Positions 17,725 to 31,332 are shown, numbered from the stretch's first letter. The stretch: 64,000 bases of DNA from Azolla caroliniana (GCA_043228905.1 JBHGNT010000015.1:12524001-12588000), one strand, 5' to 3'. Notes: generated by a model not told the origin, from the letters alone. Numbers and translations are program-made.

Positions 17725-20700
17725 ATGTGATTTCGGTTAACTTCGTCAAGATGTATGTTATCATCGATGAATACCATCAACGCATCTTGATGAAGGAAGC
17801 TGAAGTCAACACAAAATATAAAACGGTGGATAGAAAGATCAAGCCAGTTGCGGTTCCGCTACCAAAAGATAGCTGGCAAAAGATGAAGGAAGTCACTAAT
17901 GATCCAAGCCTAAGGGATCCGCGAGCAATAGGTCATGTATTCACCGAAGAGACGAAAAGAAAACTACGAGTTGGGAAGGTGGATTTCCTCCTCCCTGAAG
18001 AGGAGCGAATGTTCCACGGAATGCTTGAAAGACATGGGAAGGCTTTCGCATTTTTCCCACAAGAAATCAGATGTGTTGATCCAAGGATGATAGAACCGAT
18101 GGTGATCTTCACGGTGCCGCACGTGCCTTGGAATTTGAAACCGATACCGGTTCTGAGAGCACACCTACCGAAGCTGATCGAGCTCTTAAAGGAGAAGGTG
18201 GATATGAGAAATTTGGAACCGTCGAATGCTCCCTATTCTAATAGGTGGTTCACGGTGCCGAAGAAGAATGGATCATTGTGATTCATCCAAGATCTTCAAC
18301 CTGTCAACAAGGTGACAATTCGGAATGCTGGAATCGGTCCTAGTGTGGATGAATTTGCCGAAGCGTTTGCGACCTGGTGTATCTACTCCATTGGCGATCT
18401 CTACTCTGGATACGATCAATTCCAGTTGGCAGTCAACAGTCGTAACATTACAACTATGAGGACTCCGATCGGGCTTGTGCAGATGTGTACCTTACCTCAA
18501 GGTGCAACGAACTCGGTGGCTCATATAGTGAATGCCATGGACAAGGTCTTGAAGGATTGCATCCCGAGCATCACAATGCCATTCTTGGATGATATTCCGA
18601 TAAAAGGATGTTTGGATGACGAGAAGGATGAATCGAAAGATAAGGAAGGATGTAGAAAGTTTGTCGTGGATCATATGAAAGATTGCAAGAAGGTGCTCCA
18701 AAGACTCGAAGATGCGAATTTGACATTTGCGGGAGAAAAAACCGCATTCGGGCAACTAGAGATCTTGGTGGTAGGTCACTTGTGTGGAGAATAGGCTGGA
18801 AGCCTTCACCATCCAAGGTGAACACGGTCCAGGACATGAAAGAAGAATGTGTAACCCAAACGGAGGTTCGAAGGTTCCTTGGAGCATGCGCGTTTTATCA
18901 TATCTGGATTGCGCACTACGCTCATGTTGTCGAGCCATTATATGGATTTCTAAAGAAAAGAATGAAGTTCGAATGGCGAGACGAGCATACAAACGCAATG
19001 CGAAGATTGAAGAAACTACTTCTTGAAGCCCCAGCACTAAGGAAGGCTGACAATACCGAAGGGAAGCTGATTTATGTGATTGTAGATACGAGCCCAACCG
19101 GAATCGGGTGGGTCATCAACCAAGAAGGAGAAGGTAATGCGCAGTATGCCATCCAGTTCGGAGCAAAGGTTATCAGCGAGCGACAACAAAGATACGCCCA
19201 AGTCAAGCGGGAACTTTGGGGTATTGTGTCTACAATAAAGATGGTCAAAGACTACCTGATCGGGTCATAAGTGATAATTGAGACAGATTTTCTCCCAATT
19301 CTCGGGATGATCTCAGGATGTGCGACACCAAATCTAGCTACGCTAAGGTCGATCGCCTATATCAATTCTTTAAACCCAGAGATTCGCCACATTGCAGGAA
19401 AGAAGAACGCCATGGTTGACATGTTGTCGAGGGCAAGATTTGAGAATGAAAGTGGCATGGTTTCAGAAGATGAAGACATCACCCTCGACTTCTTCAAGAT
19501 GGCCCGACTATCGGCGGAAGACAAGGACACGCTAACCCTCCACGCCTTCAACAAGGACGAGTATGAAGGAGAGTGGTTACTGATCGGCATATTCTTAAGA
19601 ACAATGACGACGGATGTTTTGTTGACGAAAGAGGAGGCTCTATGAATCCGGAAGAATGCTTACCAATACTTCCTGAAGGGAGGGTTCCTCTAGCTACACC
19701 CAAAAAGAAGGACAGGAATGCCACGTCGAGTGGTGGTGAAGAAAGAAGAGCAAGTGACACTAATGACCGAATTCCACGAGAGTCCTTGGGCGGGTCATAG
19801 AGGAACATGGACGACATTCGAAAACTTGAAGGAAAAGTACTGGTGGCCAAGCATGTACAAAGATGTACTCCATTTCGTGTCCACATGCGAAACTTGCCAA
19901 GTACATTCAAACATACGTCATCGTGATGAGTTACGGCCGACATACCCGCTCACCATACACTTCAAATGGATGGTGGATCTGGTCTCGATGCCAATGGGAG
20001 TGGGACAAATGAAGTACTTAGTACTGGCAAGAGAAGACCTGACAAATCAAGTGGAAGGACGGGCCTTGGCAAATAAGACGACGTCAGCTATTTGCAAATT
20101 TCTACTCGAAGAGGTTATTTGCCGATATGGATGTGTGGGAAAGATAGTGGCTGATCGAGGGGAGTTGGATGCACACGAAGCAACAGAGCTCTTCAATCGT
20201 CTAGGCATAAAGCTCTCCCTCACCTACAATCCAGAAGCGAATGGGAAGATCGAGCGACGGCATGGACCAATCGTCAAAGCCATTGTACGAGCATGCAACG
20301 GTCGAGTCGGGAACTGGCCATGACTATTGCCCTATGCCTTGTGGGCCAACAAAACTATACATAGTTCAGTGACAAGGTATATACCAACAGAGCTTATATA
20401 TGGACAGAAGCCGGTAATGCCCATCGAAAGGACAATCGCCTCATGGGTAGCGATACCATGGGAGAAAGAGATGAGCCAAGAAGAATTATTAGCGGCACGG
20501 ATAAGGCAACTTGAAAGGAGACCTGAAGATCTAGAAAAAGCACGAAACATGATGGAGGCAACCCGAGTGAAGAATAAAATTTGGTTTGACAAGACGCATC
20601 GACTGCATCCTGAGAAGATCGAAGAAGGAGATTGGGTATTGGTCTACGATAGTAGCCTTCACAATCAACACAGGGCAACAAGGAAGTTCGGAAGAAGATG

Positions 20701-20923
20701 GTTCGGACCATATGTGGTGACAAGTGCCAACGACAATGCCACATACCACCTTGCGGAGCTAGACGGATCAAGGTTGGCCGTGCCGAATGCGGGAAAAAGA
20801 GTAAAGATTTTCAAGAAAAGACAAGACGACGATCCTAACCTCGACCACCTCGACGATGAAGATAGTAGGACTGAACCTATAGACTTGAGTTATGTGAACG
20901 AGGACATGGAGGAATCTGATTGA
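17725..20923 (+). pseudogene. Degenerate pol (RT, RNase H, integrase) of G
   Basis: ORF fragments up to 18281, 18312-18794, 18683-19270, 19271-19645, 19718-20323 and 20327-20923 are colinear with C pol, with stops and frameshifts. Confidence 0.92.
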
Positions 20924-21943
20924 TCAACGTAGCCAAAATCTCACACTCTCTCCTCTTGGCACATATCGGAGGACGTGTGGTTTGGTGGGGGTGGATGTCG
21001 TTAAGATTTTTGGCAACGGTGTGAAAATTGCATGGAATGTACAAAAGTTAGTGTGGTTCTTCACACACAATATGAAACAATAATAGTGAAGATATTATTT
21101 TATATTAGTTTAATATCTTGGTACGAAAAGATGGATGTCTTCAAGAGCTTCCAAATTCATTTTACTACATGTGAAACGGACAACTTAGTGTCAAGTTATG
21201 TGAGTGTGAAGTTTGAGAAGAAGAAGAGGAAAACAAAATTGTGGGATATCCCACATATATAGGACAACATCAGGATTCAAGAGTATATAAGTAGAGTCAT
21301 ATCTCTTTATATTTTATCTATGTGCTAGGAGCACAAAAAGGTTGGGTTGTATAACTTGGATGATCGGATGCGGACCAGATAGACGGGTCGGTTGGATAGG
21401 TTGATCGCGAAGCACGATGTCTTAAAGATTTTCGGCGTGAAACAAAAAAACGAAGTCATTTCTTTAAGTTATATTTTATCATTATACTTTCACATGTAAA
21501 TTCTCATACATGAGAGCTTGAATGAGTGACACGGTTATCATGCAACACATGTAACGCATGAGCACCAAATGACAAACATACATCTCATGTAGTTTATGCG
21601 TTACATGCATGTCTTGCACCCTCACATGCATCATATGCATGTGGACATCTATAAAAGAGTGGATGGAGAAGAAAAACGAGCTATGTATTAATCAAGAAAT
21701 TAAGAAAAAGAAAATTCATTATCCATTTGATGATGTATTAATCTTGTCTCTCAAATCTAAAGTCAAGGGTTCAATCTTTATCTCCCTCTCTCTCCATCTC
21801 AATCTTTCTCTTGCCATATCAATCTCTCTCAATATATCTTAAATACTTTCGCGCTAAAGCTAGTACAAACTTCGAATCCTTCCAGTCTAGGACCCTAGCG
21901 GTTCCGCCTCATGATCCGCACATAGTGACGGATTTTCACAACA
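17725..21943 (+). mobile_element. Element G: 3' half of an older gypsy element of the C lineage
   Basis: Degenerate pol homologous to C pol; same pre-PPT motif; LTR region 20996-21943 ending GGATTTTCACAACA. Confidence 0.85.
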
Positions 21944-23465
21944 ACATGACAAAGGTACTCCAAAGGTTCAACATGTTGGAGGCGAAACCAGTCGGATCGA
22001 CACTTCCGGCAAACTGTAAGCTATTCGGAAAACAAAGCCCGAGGACAAAGGCGGAGAAGACGGATATGATGAAGATACCATATCCCTCTACCGTCGGGAG
22101 CTTGATGTACACAATGGTATGTACCCGACCGGATATTGGATATGCAGTCGAAGTGGTGAGCCGGTTCATGAGCAATCACGAAAGAGAGCATTGGAACGTT
22201 GTCAAGTGGATACTCCGGTATTTGAAAGACACCTCGAGTATGTGCCTCCGATTTGGCTCTGATAAACCCCTCGTGGAAGGCTTTACCGATTGGGATATGT
22301 CGACTGATGCAGATACCAATCGGTCTACATCGAGATATGTCATGACTTATGCAGGGGGAGTTGTTTCATGGCAGTCGAGGTTGTAGAAGACGGTTGCGTT
22401 GTCAATTGTGGAAGCAAAGTACATGGTAGCTGTGGAAGCCGACAAGGAGATAATCTGGATGAAGGAATTCATCGGAGAGCTAGGGATCCAACAGGAGTAA
22501 TACCGGAACTACTGCGGCAGTGGAAGTGCCATCCACCTTGCAAAGAACGTGGCCTCCCATTCCCGGACGAAACATATCCAACAGAGGTACCACTGGATCT
22601 GGGAGAGAGTAAAAGATCAAGAGTTCGTGCTGACGAAGATCCACACGGAGGAGAACGGGTCGGATATGCTGACCAAGGTGTTGACGACCGACAAGCTAGA
22701 CGCGTTGTCGTGCCTTTCGGCTCCGGATCGTTGCGTGAGTCGGGTGGGAACCACAGAGGTCTTGGACTAGGAGAAAGAAGTTCGTGAGATAGAGATTAAT
22801 TATGAGTAAATAGCAAAGAGAAAGATAAGAAACTCGTGAATCACACGAGTATACTATATTAATTGGTACTTAGGGTGTTAAGAGAGAAGTAGATGTATAA
22901 ATCGTGAATCCCACGAATAATTTTTGTATTGATTAATACTTAATCCAAATAATCAACAACCCTTTATATATTTCTCTCCTCCTTATATAAGGAAGGAAGA
23001 GCTAAGCATGGCTTCATGCTTTTTTTTACAAAAAGTGTTCATGTCCACTAAATGTGCATGTGATGCTTTTTTATTTCCTAAGTATAGGGCTCATGCACGC
23101 TAGATGTGCATGAGTTATTTTTAGTGTCTCGTGTTTTTTTTCTTTTTCTTTTTCTTTTTCATATATTAAAAAAATACACGATTTACCTTTTAATAAAGGT
23201 ATGCATAAATAAAGGTCTTATACGTATTAAATCTATATTTAAAACACTTAAGATAAGTTAATGTAATGGTAAGGTTGGGGTTTGTGAACGTGGAGGTGTA
23301 GAGTTCGAATCACGCCCTGCGTAGTAGTGAGTATTTCCTTTTTTTTACAATTATGTCTCTTTATCCGGCTCTTCCTTGCCGGTATGCCGTTTTCTTCCGG
23401 TTCTCACCGAGCACTCCATTCTCTATCCGGAGGGACAAAAATATAATTTCCACATAGTGTGCAAC

Positions 23466-26400
23466 CTACACTACGACACTCGCCCCCTCCAAACCCGCAC
23501 ATCCTCCGGTATGTGCCGAAGTTCTTGATTCTTCGTATCCGTCTTCATCCGAAGCTTCCTCCGATTCTCCCCTTATGTCGACTATGAGTTGTAATCCACT
23601 TTCTTCGCTTCCCGCATCATTGTGGTCTTCGTCCGATTGCTCCTCGTTGTCGGCCTCGACTTGGATCACATAAGGTTTGTCGTCGGTCCGCTTCTTGAAA
23701 ATCTTCACCCGCTTCCCGACTATAGGCACTCGTAGTATTGTTCCATCCAACTCGGACAGTCGGTACGTCCCGTTGTCGAAGACCTTCCGAACCTCGTACG
23801 GCCCGAACCACCTTTTCGCGAATTTCCGCATCGTTGTATGTTGATGGTCCAAGCTACTATCATACACGATCACCCAATCTCCTTCTTCAATCCTCCTCGG
23901 TCGTAGTCGGTGCTTTGTGTCGAACCGACTTTTGTTCCGGAACCGTGCTGCTTGTTGTCGGCGTGACGCTTCCGCTACATCTTTCGGTCTTCCCTCCAGT
24001 TGTCGTATCCGGACCGCTAGTAGTTCTTCCCGGCTCATCTCTTCCTTCCACGGTAGTATTGTCCATGTCGCGATTGCGGTTTCCGTTGGCATTACCGGTG
24101 CTTGTCCGGTCATGAGTTCTGCCGGCATGTAACCGGTCACGGAGCTATGCGTCGTCCGATCCGCCCATAGTGCATACGGAAGCATTTGTGGCCAATCCTT
24201 CACCCTTCCGTCGCATGCCTTCGCAAGTGCTTTCACGATCGGACTATGTCCTCGTTCGATCTTCCCGTTGGCCTCCGGATTGTAGGCCGTTGTCAACGTT
24301 AACCGAACTCCATGTTTGGCGAAGAATCCCCTAGCTTTGTCCGAGTCGAGTTCTCCCCGGTCCGCAATCACTTGTCCTACGCAGCCGTACCTACAAAACA
24401 CTTCTTCCAAAAGAAATTGGCACACCGCGGCACACGTTTTCCTCCGAAGCGCTCGACCTTCAACTTGGTTTGTGAGATCTTCTCGAGCTAACACCAAGTA
24501 TTTCTTTTGTCCAATCCCGGTCGGCATAGCTACAATGTCGACCATCCACTTGAAGTTGATTGTCGGTGAGAATGTCGGATGCAGCTCATCTCGGTGTCGG
24601 ACCCCGGAGTAGACTTGACATTTCTCGCAGCTTCCTGTGAACTCCGCGACATCTTTATACATGTTCTTCCACCAATATCTTTGCTTGATTTTCACAAAAG
24701 TTGCCCATGTTCCTCGATGTCCAGCCCAATCGGATTCGTGGAACTCGGACATTATCCGGTTTCGTTGCTCTTTCGTCCCGACTACTCGAAGTGGTATCCC
24801 ATCCGGTCTTTTCGGCGTCCTTCATATTAAACCGTTTTCCAAGAAGAACTTTTGGACTTGCCTCTTCTTCCTTCGGATCTCGGCTCTCCTTTCTTTATCA
24901 TTGGTTGAATCCTCGACCTCTTGTAGCATCTTCCCGATCATCAAGGTTTCCCCCTCGTATTCTTCTTCCCGGAATTCTCGGATCACGTTCACTCGGCATA
25001 TGTGTTCTGACGTGAAGTAGTCTTCGGAAACTTCTTCATTATCTGATTCGGTTATGTCGTCTTCAAACCGCGCCCTCGATAACATGTCCGCTCCCGCGTT
25101 GTCCTTCCCCGAGATGTGTCGAACCTCCAGATTAAGTGACTTGACATATGCAATCCACCTTAGCATAGCCACATCCGGTATCGTACAACACCGCATCATC
25201 CCGAGTATCGGAAGACAATCCGTCTCGATCACCACTTCAGCTCCGATCAAATAATCCCGATCCGATTTTATCGCCGACACGACTCCCCACAATTCTCTTT
25301 TGACTTGTGCATATCCGCGTTGCCTTTCGTTGAGGACCTTTGATCCAAATCGGATCGGATACCGCGAACCATCCGAGTCGGCTTGATTGATGACCCACCC
25401 GATACCGGTTGGACTTGTATCAACCGTTACTATGATTGGCCGCTCGTAGCTTGGCTTCTTAAGTGATTCCGCCCTCCATAGTGTCTTCTTGAGCTTCCTC
25501 ATGGCTTTAGTGTGTTCCGGTTTCCACTCGAATTTCTTACCTTTCCGCAACAAGTGATAGAGCGGGTCCGCTATATGTGCATAGTGCGGAATCCATATGT
25601 GATAGAATGCACACGCACCCAGAAACCTTCGGACTTCCGATGTTGACTCACATACTTCCTTCATAGCTTGAATCGCATCGATCTTTGTTGGTGACGGTCT
25701 TCGGCCGTAGGGTCCACATAGATGTCCGACCACCAATATTTCTTCTTGCCCGAATGCCGATTTCTCCCCGGAAAGTGTTAGGTGCACATCTTCTAGCTTT
25801 CGCAACACTTTCTCGCAATCATGAATATGGTCGACCACGAACTTTCGGCATCCCCGATCATCCATAGTCTCATCTTTTTCTTCCACCGCGCATCCTTTCA
25901 TCGGAATGTCATCTAAAAATGGCATCGTTATCTCCGGGATGCAATCTCGAAGCACCTTGTTCATCGCGTTCATCATATGTGCAACCGAGTTTGTCGCTCC
26001 TTGTGGTAGTGTGCACATTCGAACTAGTCCTATCGGTGTCCGCATGGTAGTGATGTCTCGGCTCTCCACGGCTAGTTGGAATTGGTCATACCCCGAGTAT
26101 AGGTCCCCGATGGAGTATATCGCACGTCCGGCAAAAGCTTCCGCGAATTCGTCCACTATCGGACCGACTCCCGAGTTCCGGATCATGACTTTGTTCACCG
26201 GTTGCAAGTCTTGGATGAATCGGAGTGACCCATTCTTCTTCGGAACCGTAAACCATCGATTTGAGTACGGAGCACTCGATGGCTCTAGAATCCCCATCGC
26301 CACCTTCTCCTTGAGCAAGTCGATGACTTTCGGAATATGCGCCCGTGGCACCGGAATCGGCTTCAGGTTCCACGGTACATGATCAATCGTGAAAATCACC

Positions 26401-26933
26401 ATCGGCTCCACTATCTTTGGATCAATGCATCCGATCTCCCTCGATGTGAACGCGAATGCTTTGCCATGTTGCTCCAACATCTCTCGAAACCGTTTTTCTT
26501 CTTCTTGTAAGAGGAACCCACCTCCACCGATCCGAAGTTTCTTCTGGGTCTCATCTGTGAAGGCATGTCCGATATCCACGGACTTCCGAAGTGTCGGATC
26601 TCCCGAGACTTCTTTCTTCTTTTGTTCGCTATCGGCGGGTAGTGGTCCCGCGGCCGGTTTCACCTTCTTCTCCACGGTCTTGTATTTCGTACTTACCATT
26701 GCTTCTTCTTTGCGGAGCGCATCCGGCCCCATTTTCGCAACGATCTCGTACATCTCGACCGATTCCACCGGGACTACCCGGTTCCCTTGGCTTTTATCTT
26801 CCGCAAGCTCTTCAAGCCGTTGTAGTGTATTCCCATAGAACACTTCCTCGATCACTCCCACGATTTCTTCGTCTTCTTTTATTATTGATGCCGACCGTAA
26901 CTTATCCTCCACTTGTCGGTATTGTTTCTTCAT
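23466..26933 (-). pseudogene. pol: C2 pol with one nonsense mutation (TGG>TGA at 24822-24824) upstream of integrase
   Basis: ORFs 24822-26933 and 23466-24752 are in the same frame and together match C1 Pol. Confidence 0.92.
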
Positions 26934-27067
26934 TCCTCCGGTTACGGCCGTGTACGTAGACGCCCCATCCGGGCTGATTCGTACTTGTTTTGCTCCGAGA
27001 GTTTTCTTCCTGTGTGGGGTATCAGGGCTTCTCGGACTATCACTTCCCCACTCCGCAACAGTCCGCT

Positions 27068-29194
27068 TTAAAAATCCATTCTCACTTGGGACAAGAGTTC
27101 CCTCTTGTTCCTTTCGTGATTTGCCGGCACCATTAGGAATTGGACGGATTTCCCTCCGTTTTGGCTCCGAATTCGCGCAAAAGCCGCACCACTATCGAGC
27201 ACCTTCGTCTCCATCCGTGAAGCCGTGATAAAGGGTTGGCCGAGGATGACAGAATGTGAAACCTCATCCTGCACAAAGAAATTTTGGTCAATTTCGACAT
27301 CCCCGATCTTTACCGTCACATCCGGACAAGCCGCAAATAGGTCTTCTGTCGTTTTCGTGGCTGCCCGAATCTTCCATCCATGGTTGGTGTTTATAGGCCA
27401 CTTCCCCTTTCGGTAGAACTCCTTGGACATCAAGTTGATCTCCGATCCGTGATCAATCAATGCTAGCACGGGTTCTTTGATGTTGCCGATTCGGACCGGA
27501 GTCTCCGTAGTCGCACGTGCCCAGTGTGGCCTTGTATAGTGGGAGTTCGGAATTTCGCCTTCCACTTCGGTGTCGTTCATTGAAACGGTATTTGCATTCA
27601 CCCTTGGAGCATTTTCCTCCGTACTTTGTCTCTTCCTTTTCACGAGATCCACGAGAAGATCGTGAAACTCCTTCTTCGCTATTCCGAGTAGTTCCCGCAG
27701 TGAAAAATCTACCCGGCTATCCAAGATTCTTTCCTCGAACACTCTTTTCAAGTCGGTTTGTTGTTCTATGTCCGAGGCGAGCTTGAATGCCGGAGTCGCC
27801 TTTTCTTTTCCCTTACCTCCGGAGTTCCAGCTTTCCGGTATCTTCGATGGTCCGGCCGCATCCTCCGTGCGCCGTCGTTTCTCGTCCACATACACCTCAT
27901 GTAATTGACACAGGGCGTATATGCTATTCTTGTCGACAGGGCACTCCCATCCCGTAGCTTCCCGGACGCCTTCCGCGGTGTTTCGGATATCGTTGGAGTC
28001 GGTTTTCTCGGTGTTTCCTAGCACCTCCGGCCAGAAAGACGCCTTCGCTCCCGATGACTCCCCGACACATATTCCTGCGGTTGTCGCATAGTTGCTTCTT
28101 GCCGCTAACTCCTCCTCGAGCACCTTCTTCATGCCGCCTTTCCGGAAGTTCGGTCGGAGTGGCTTCCGAGAGTCCATCGAATGAATCCGGTTTCCCTCGT
28201 AGTAGATGAGATCCCGTCGTAGCGCCTCCTTATGGTCGTCGCAATCCCTCCGATCGTGTTCGGCGCTATCGCACCATATGCACCGTCGATCCGTATATTT
28301 GGAGCTTGTGGGGCGGTCATCCGACTTCTTCACCATCGCGATCTTTAGATTCTCCATCTCCTTCAGCAGCTGCTCCACCGTAGACGCGTCGACTCCCTTC
28401 TCGGCCGTAATCTCCCGAGCCCTCGGTTGATGGTCTTCCAATCCCGTTCTCGGTTTCGGAATCGGTTCCGAAACCCTCTTTTCTTCGTTGGCAAGCCATT
28501 GCCCCCTCTTCGTGTACCGCGCGACGATATCCCGCACGCTTTCCCATGTTTCGGTGAGGCCGCTTTCGGTGGTCGTGTCCTCAAGAAGCACTCCGAGATC
28601 TTTCCGGTCCCGGACGTCCACAGCTCGCAAAAACATGATGACTTTGTCCGGTGCAAGAATAGTTTGATCTCTCGCGGACAACCTCCCGAACCGACTTTCG
28701 AATGTCGAAAACACTTCGAGGACCTTCAGCCCCTTACCTGACGTTTCCACCCAATCCTCGAATCCCCTCCGTGTTGCCTTGGAGGAGTCCTCGATGGCAA
28801 ACGTGGTCTTTAACGCCTCTTCGAATGCTTCCCACGTCGGATTTTGTTGTTGCAACCCGTGGATACTCCCTTCAAGCCCGTCGGTCGCCACCCGGTTAAA
28901 GGATGTCACTTGCAGTCCTTCCGAAGCCCGGCACCGGAGCATCTCCGCCTTGTAGTCCTGCAAATATCGCGACACATCCTTACCATTAAATTGCCCGTTG
29001 CGTTGCACGAGCCGCTCTACTGATGCCGAAATCTCCGACATCGTGCGTTGTTCTTGAAGCATCCGTTCAAACATCGCCATCATATTGTTAGCTTGTTGAG
29101 CCTCCATCTCCTTGCCACCCGTCTTCACGTCGGGTTCACCAACTGTGTCGTGCCTTTCGGCTCCGGATCGTTGCGTGAGTCGAGTGGGAACCAC
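27068..29194 (-). CDS. gag: C2 Gag-protease, intact ORF
   Basis: 708 aa, a few substitutions relative to the C1 ORF. Confidence 0.9.
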   Translation of the reverse strand: MVPTRLTQRSGAERHDTVGEPDVKTGGKEMEAQQANNMMAMFERMLQEQRTMSEISASVERLVQRNGQFNGKDVSRYLQDYKAEMLRCRASEGLQVTSFNRVATDGLEGSIHGLQQQNPTWEAFEEALKTTFAIEDSSKATRRGFEDWVETSGKGLKVLEVFSTFESRFGRLSARDQTILAPDKVIMFLRAVDVRDRKDLGVLLEDTTTESGLTETWESVRDIVARYTKRGQWLANEEKRVSEPIPKPRTGLEDHQPRAREITAEKGVDASTVEQLLKEMENLKIAMVKKSDDRPTSSKYTDRRCIWCDSAEHDRRDCDDHKEALRRDLIYYEGNRIHSMDSRKPLRPNFRKGGMKKVLEEELAARSNYATTAGICVGESSGAKASFWPEVLGNTEKTDSNDIRNTAEGVREATGWECPVDKNSIYALCQLHEVYVDEKRRRTEDAAGPSKIPESWNSGGKGKEKATPAFKLASDIEQQTDLKRVFEERILDSRVDFSLRELLGIAKKEFHDLLVDLVKRKRQSTEENAPRVNANTVSMNDTEVEGEIPNSHYTRPHWARATTETPVRIGNIKEPVLALIDHGSEINLMSKEFYRKGKWPINTNHGWKIRAATKTTEDLFAACPDVTVKIGDVEIDQNFFVQDEVSHSVILGQPFITASRMETKVLDSGAAFARIRSQNGGKSVQFLMVPANHERNKRELLSQVRMDF

Positions 29195-30580
29195 AGAGGT
29201 CTTGGACTAGGAGAAAGAAGTTCGTGAGATAGAGATTAATTATGAGTAAATAGCAAAGAGAAAGATAAGAAACTCGTGAATCACACGAGTATACTATATT
29301 AATTGGTACTTAGGGTGTTAAGAGAGAAGTAGATGTATAAATCGTGAATCCCACGAATAATTTTTGTATTGATTAATACTTAATCCAAATAATCAACAAC
29401 CCTTTATATATTTCTCTCCTCCTTATATAAGGAAGGAAGAGCTAAGCATGGCTTCATGCTTTTTTTTACAAAAAGTGTTCATGTCCACTAAATGTGCATG
29501 TGATGCTTTTTTATTTCCTAAGTATAGGGCTCATGCACGCTAGATGTGCATGAGTTATTTTTAGTGTCTGGTGTTTATTTTCTTTTTCTTTTTCTTTTTC
29601 ATATATTAAAAAAATACACGATTTACCTTTTAATAAAGGTATGCATAAATAAAGGTCTTATACGTATTAAATCTATATTTAAAACACTTAAGATAAGTTA
29701 ATGTAATGGTAAGGTTCGGGTTTGTCAACGTGGAGGTGCAGAGTTCCAATCACGCCCTGCGCAGTAGTGAGTATTTCCTTTTTTTTACATTTATGTCTCT
29801 TTATCCGGCTCTTCCTTGCCGGTATGCCGTTTTCTTCCTTGCCGGTATGCCGTTTTCTTCCTTGCCGGTATGCCGTTTTCTTCCGGTTCTCACCGAGCAC
29901 TCCATTCTCTATCCGGAGGGACAAAAATATAATTTCCACATAGTGTGCAACCTACACTACGACAGCGTGTCGAAAGTAGATTGGGCTGACGAGACATCCC
30001 ATGCCGGAGTGAAGGGGGAGATTGTTGGGAAATCGGTCCCTCCGAATGGGATCCGGTTATGAACGAAGAGGACCCGGTGAGAACCAGAAGAGATCCGGAA
30101 ACCGGATCGGATGGACCCAGTGAGAACCGGAAGAGAATACATATTTGTAAATATGTTTTGAGTAAGCCTATAGAGGCTATATTTGTAAATAGCCCTAAAT
30201 TCATATAAGTATAAATATGACTTAGGACAATCACTTTAGGGAGTTGTCATATTGTTGTTGAGATAACTGTTGTATAGAGAGAGAGAGAGAGACAGAGAGC
30301 GATACTTTGTTGTAACCCTTGGCTAGCAAAGATACAGAGCTTGAGGTCGTTGCCTCTGAGTCTCTGTTTGTACCTTTCCTACATAGTAATAGTTTGGAGT
30401 GTGTGGGCTCCCATAGTTTTTCCCTATTTGGGTTTTCCACGTAAACATCATGTGTATCCTCTATCGTTCTTTGTGTGTGTAAATGCGCTCACTCCCTACT
30501 TCCCATTTCTGTGTTTGATTTTCATCCAAGTGATTCAAGACTCGGTTGTGGCCGAGCAATATTCCGCATTATTCTTCTCA

Positions 30581-31332
30581 CGTCCCCCTCATCTTCAAAC
30601 TCCTCTGCCGCCTTGTTTCACATCGGGTTCACCAACTTATGTCGCGTAATTACGCGTACATGTAAGGAACAAAGGCATGACCGTAGGGGTCCTGGATGTG
30701 AGAAAAGGGGAAAAGTGAAACAAAGAGCGCATGTCAGGCAAGCATTGGATGCCGACAAGCATAGAGCTCGACTGGCTCAATCGAGATCAGATCGCTGCAA
30801 GAGACAATTAGAAGAGAAAGAAACCCTCAATCGGTTAAGAATGGATTACAACCAGCTCGCCGGAAACTGAGCCTCTACTCTGTCAACAACACACACGCAC
30901 ACACCAAAGATGAGATACAATGTGGAGCCTTTATCGGGAGCACCCGAGCTTCCCACACGAACAGAAGCGTCCGACAAAAGAACTCCTGCAGAGAACACCG
31001 ATCAGAACGAGCGCTCAGTCCCCAGTCCGACAACACTCTGTTCTCCCCAAAAGGTGATCCCCCCTCTCAGTCCTCTCTCCCGACCTTTATAGGCCCCCGA
31101 GGGAGGAGTCGTCACATCCTGTAATAACATCATCTTTATTCTCTATCGCTTCGGACAGAGATTCGTTTCGATTTGTTAATCTATTTAATGTGTCTATATC
31201 AAAGTCTGTCCATATCACGCCGACCTATTCTTAGACTATGTACAAATAATTTACAACTGCATGCATCCGTGTATGTTGTGGTTCACACACTCAGGTCTTC
31301 ATTTCCGCTCGTAGCTAGTTTTCCTCACGACA
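30581..31332 (-). mobile_element. Element F: 5' LTR (30640-31332) and PBS-Trp of another C-lineage element
   Basis: TGTCG...CGACA termini; PBS TGGTGAACCCGATGTGA at 30618-30634 (minus); U5 motif TCCAGGACCCCTACGG resembles those of B, C, D and G. Confidence 0.75.

Larger units (their letters stand above)
22706..29964 (-). mobile_element. Element C2: second full-length copy of family C
   Basis: LTRs 22706-23478 and 29146-29964; PBS-Trp 29125-29141; 4-bp TSD GCGT at 22702-22705 and 29965-29968; nearly identical to C1. Confidence 0.96.
21944..30580 (+). mobile_element. Element H: 3' end of a Ty1/copia element (RT end, RNase H, PPT, 3' LTR), split by C2
   Basis: VGSLMY..VCTRPDI and HSRTKHI motifs in 21944-22705; frame resumes at 29969; PPT GAAGGGGGAGAT 30011-30022; LTR 30023 to ~30580. 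Confidence 0.85.

Noticed and set aside
4744-29964. C1 and C2 as a segmental duplication or assembly error
   Set aside because: Different TSDs and host sequences plus scattered substitutions indicate independent insertions.
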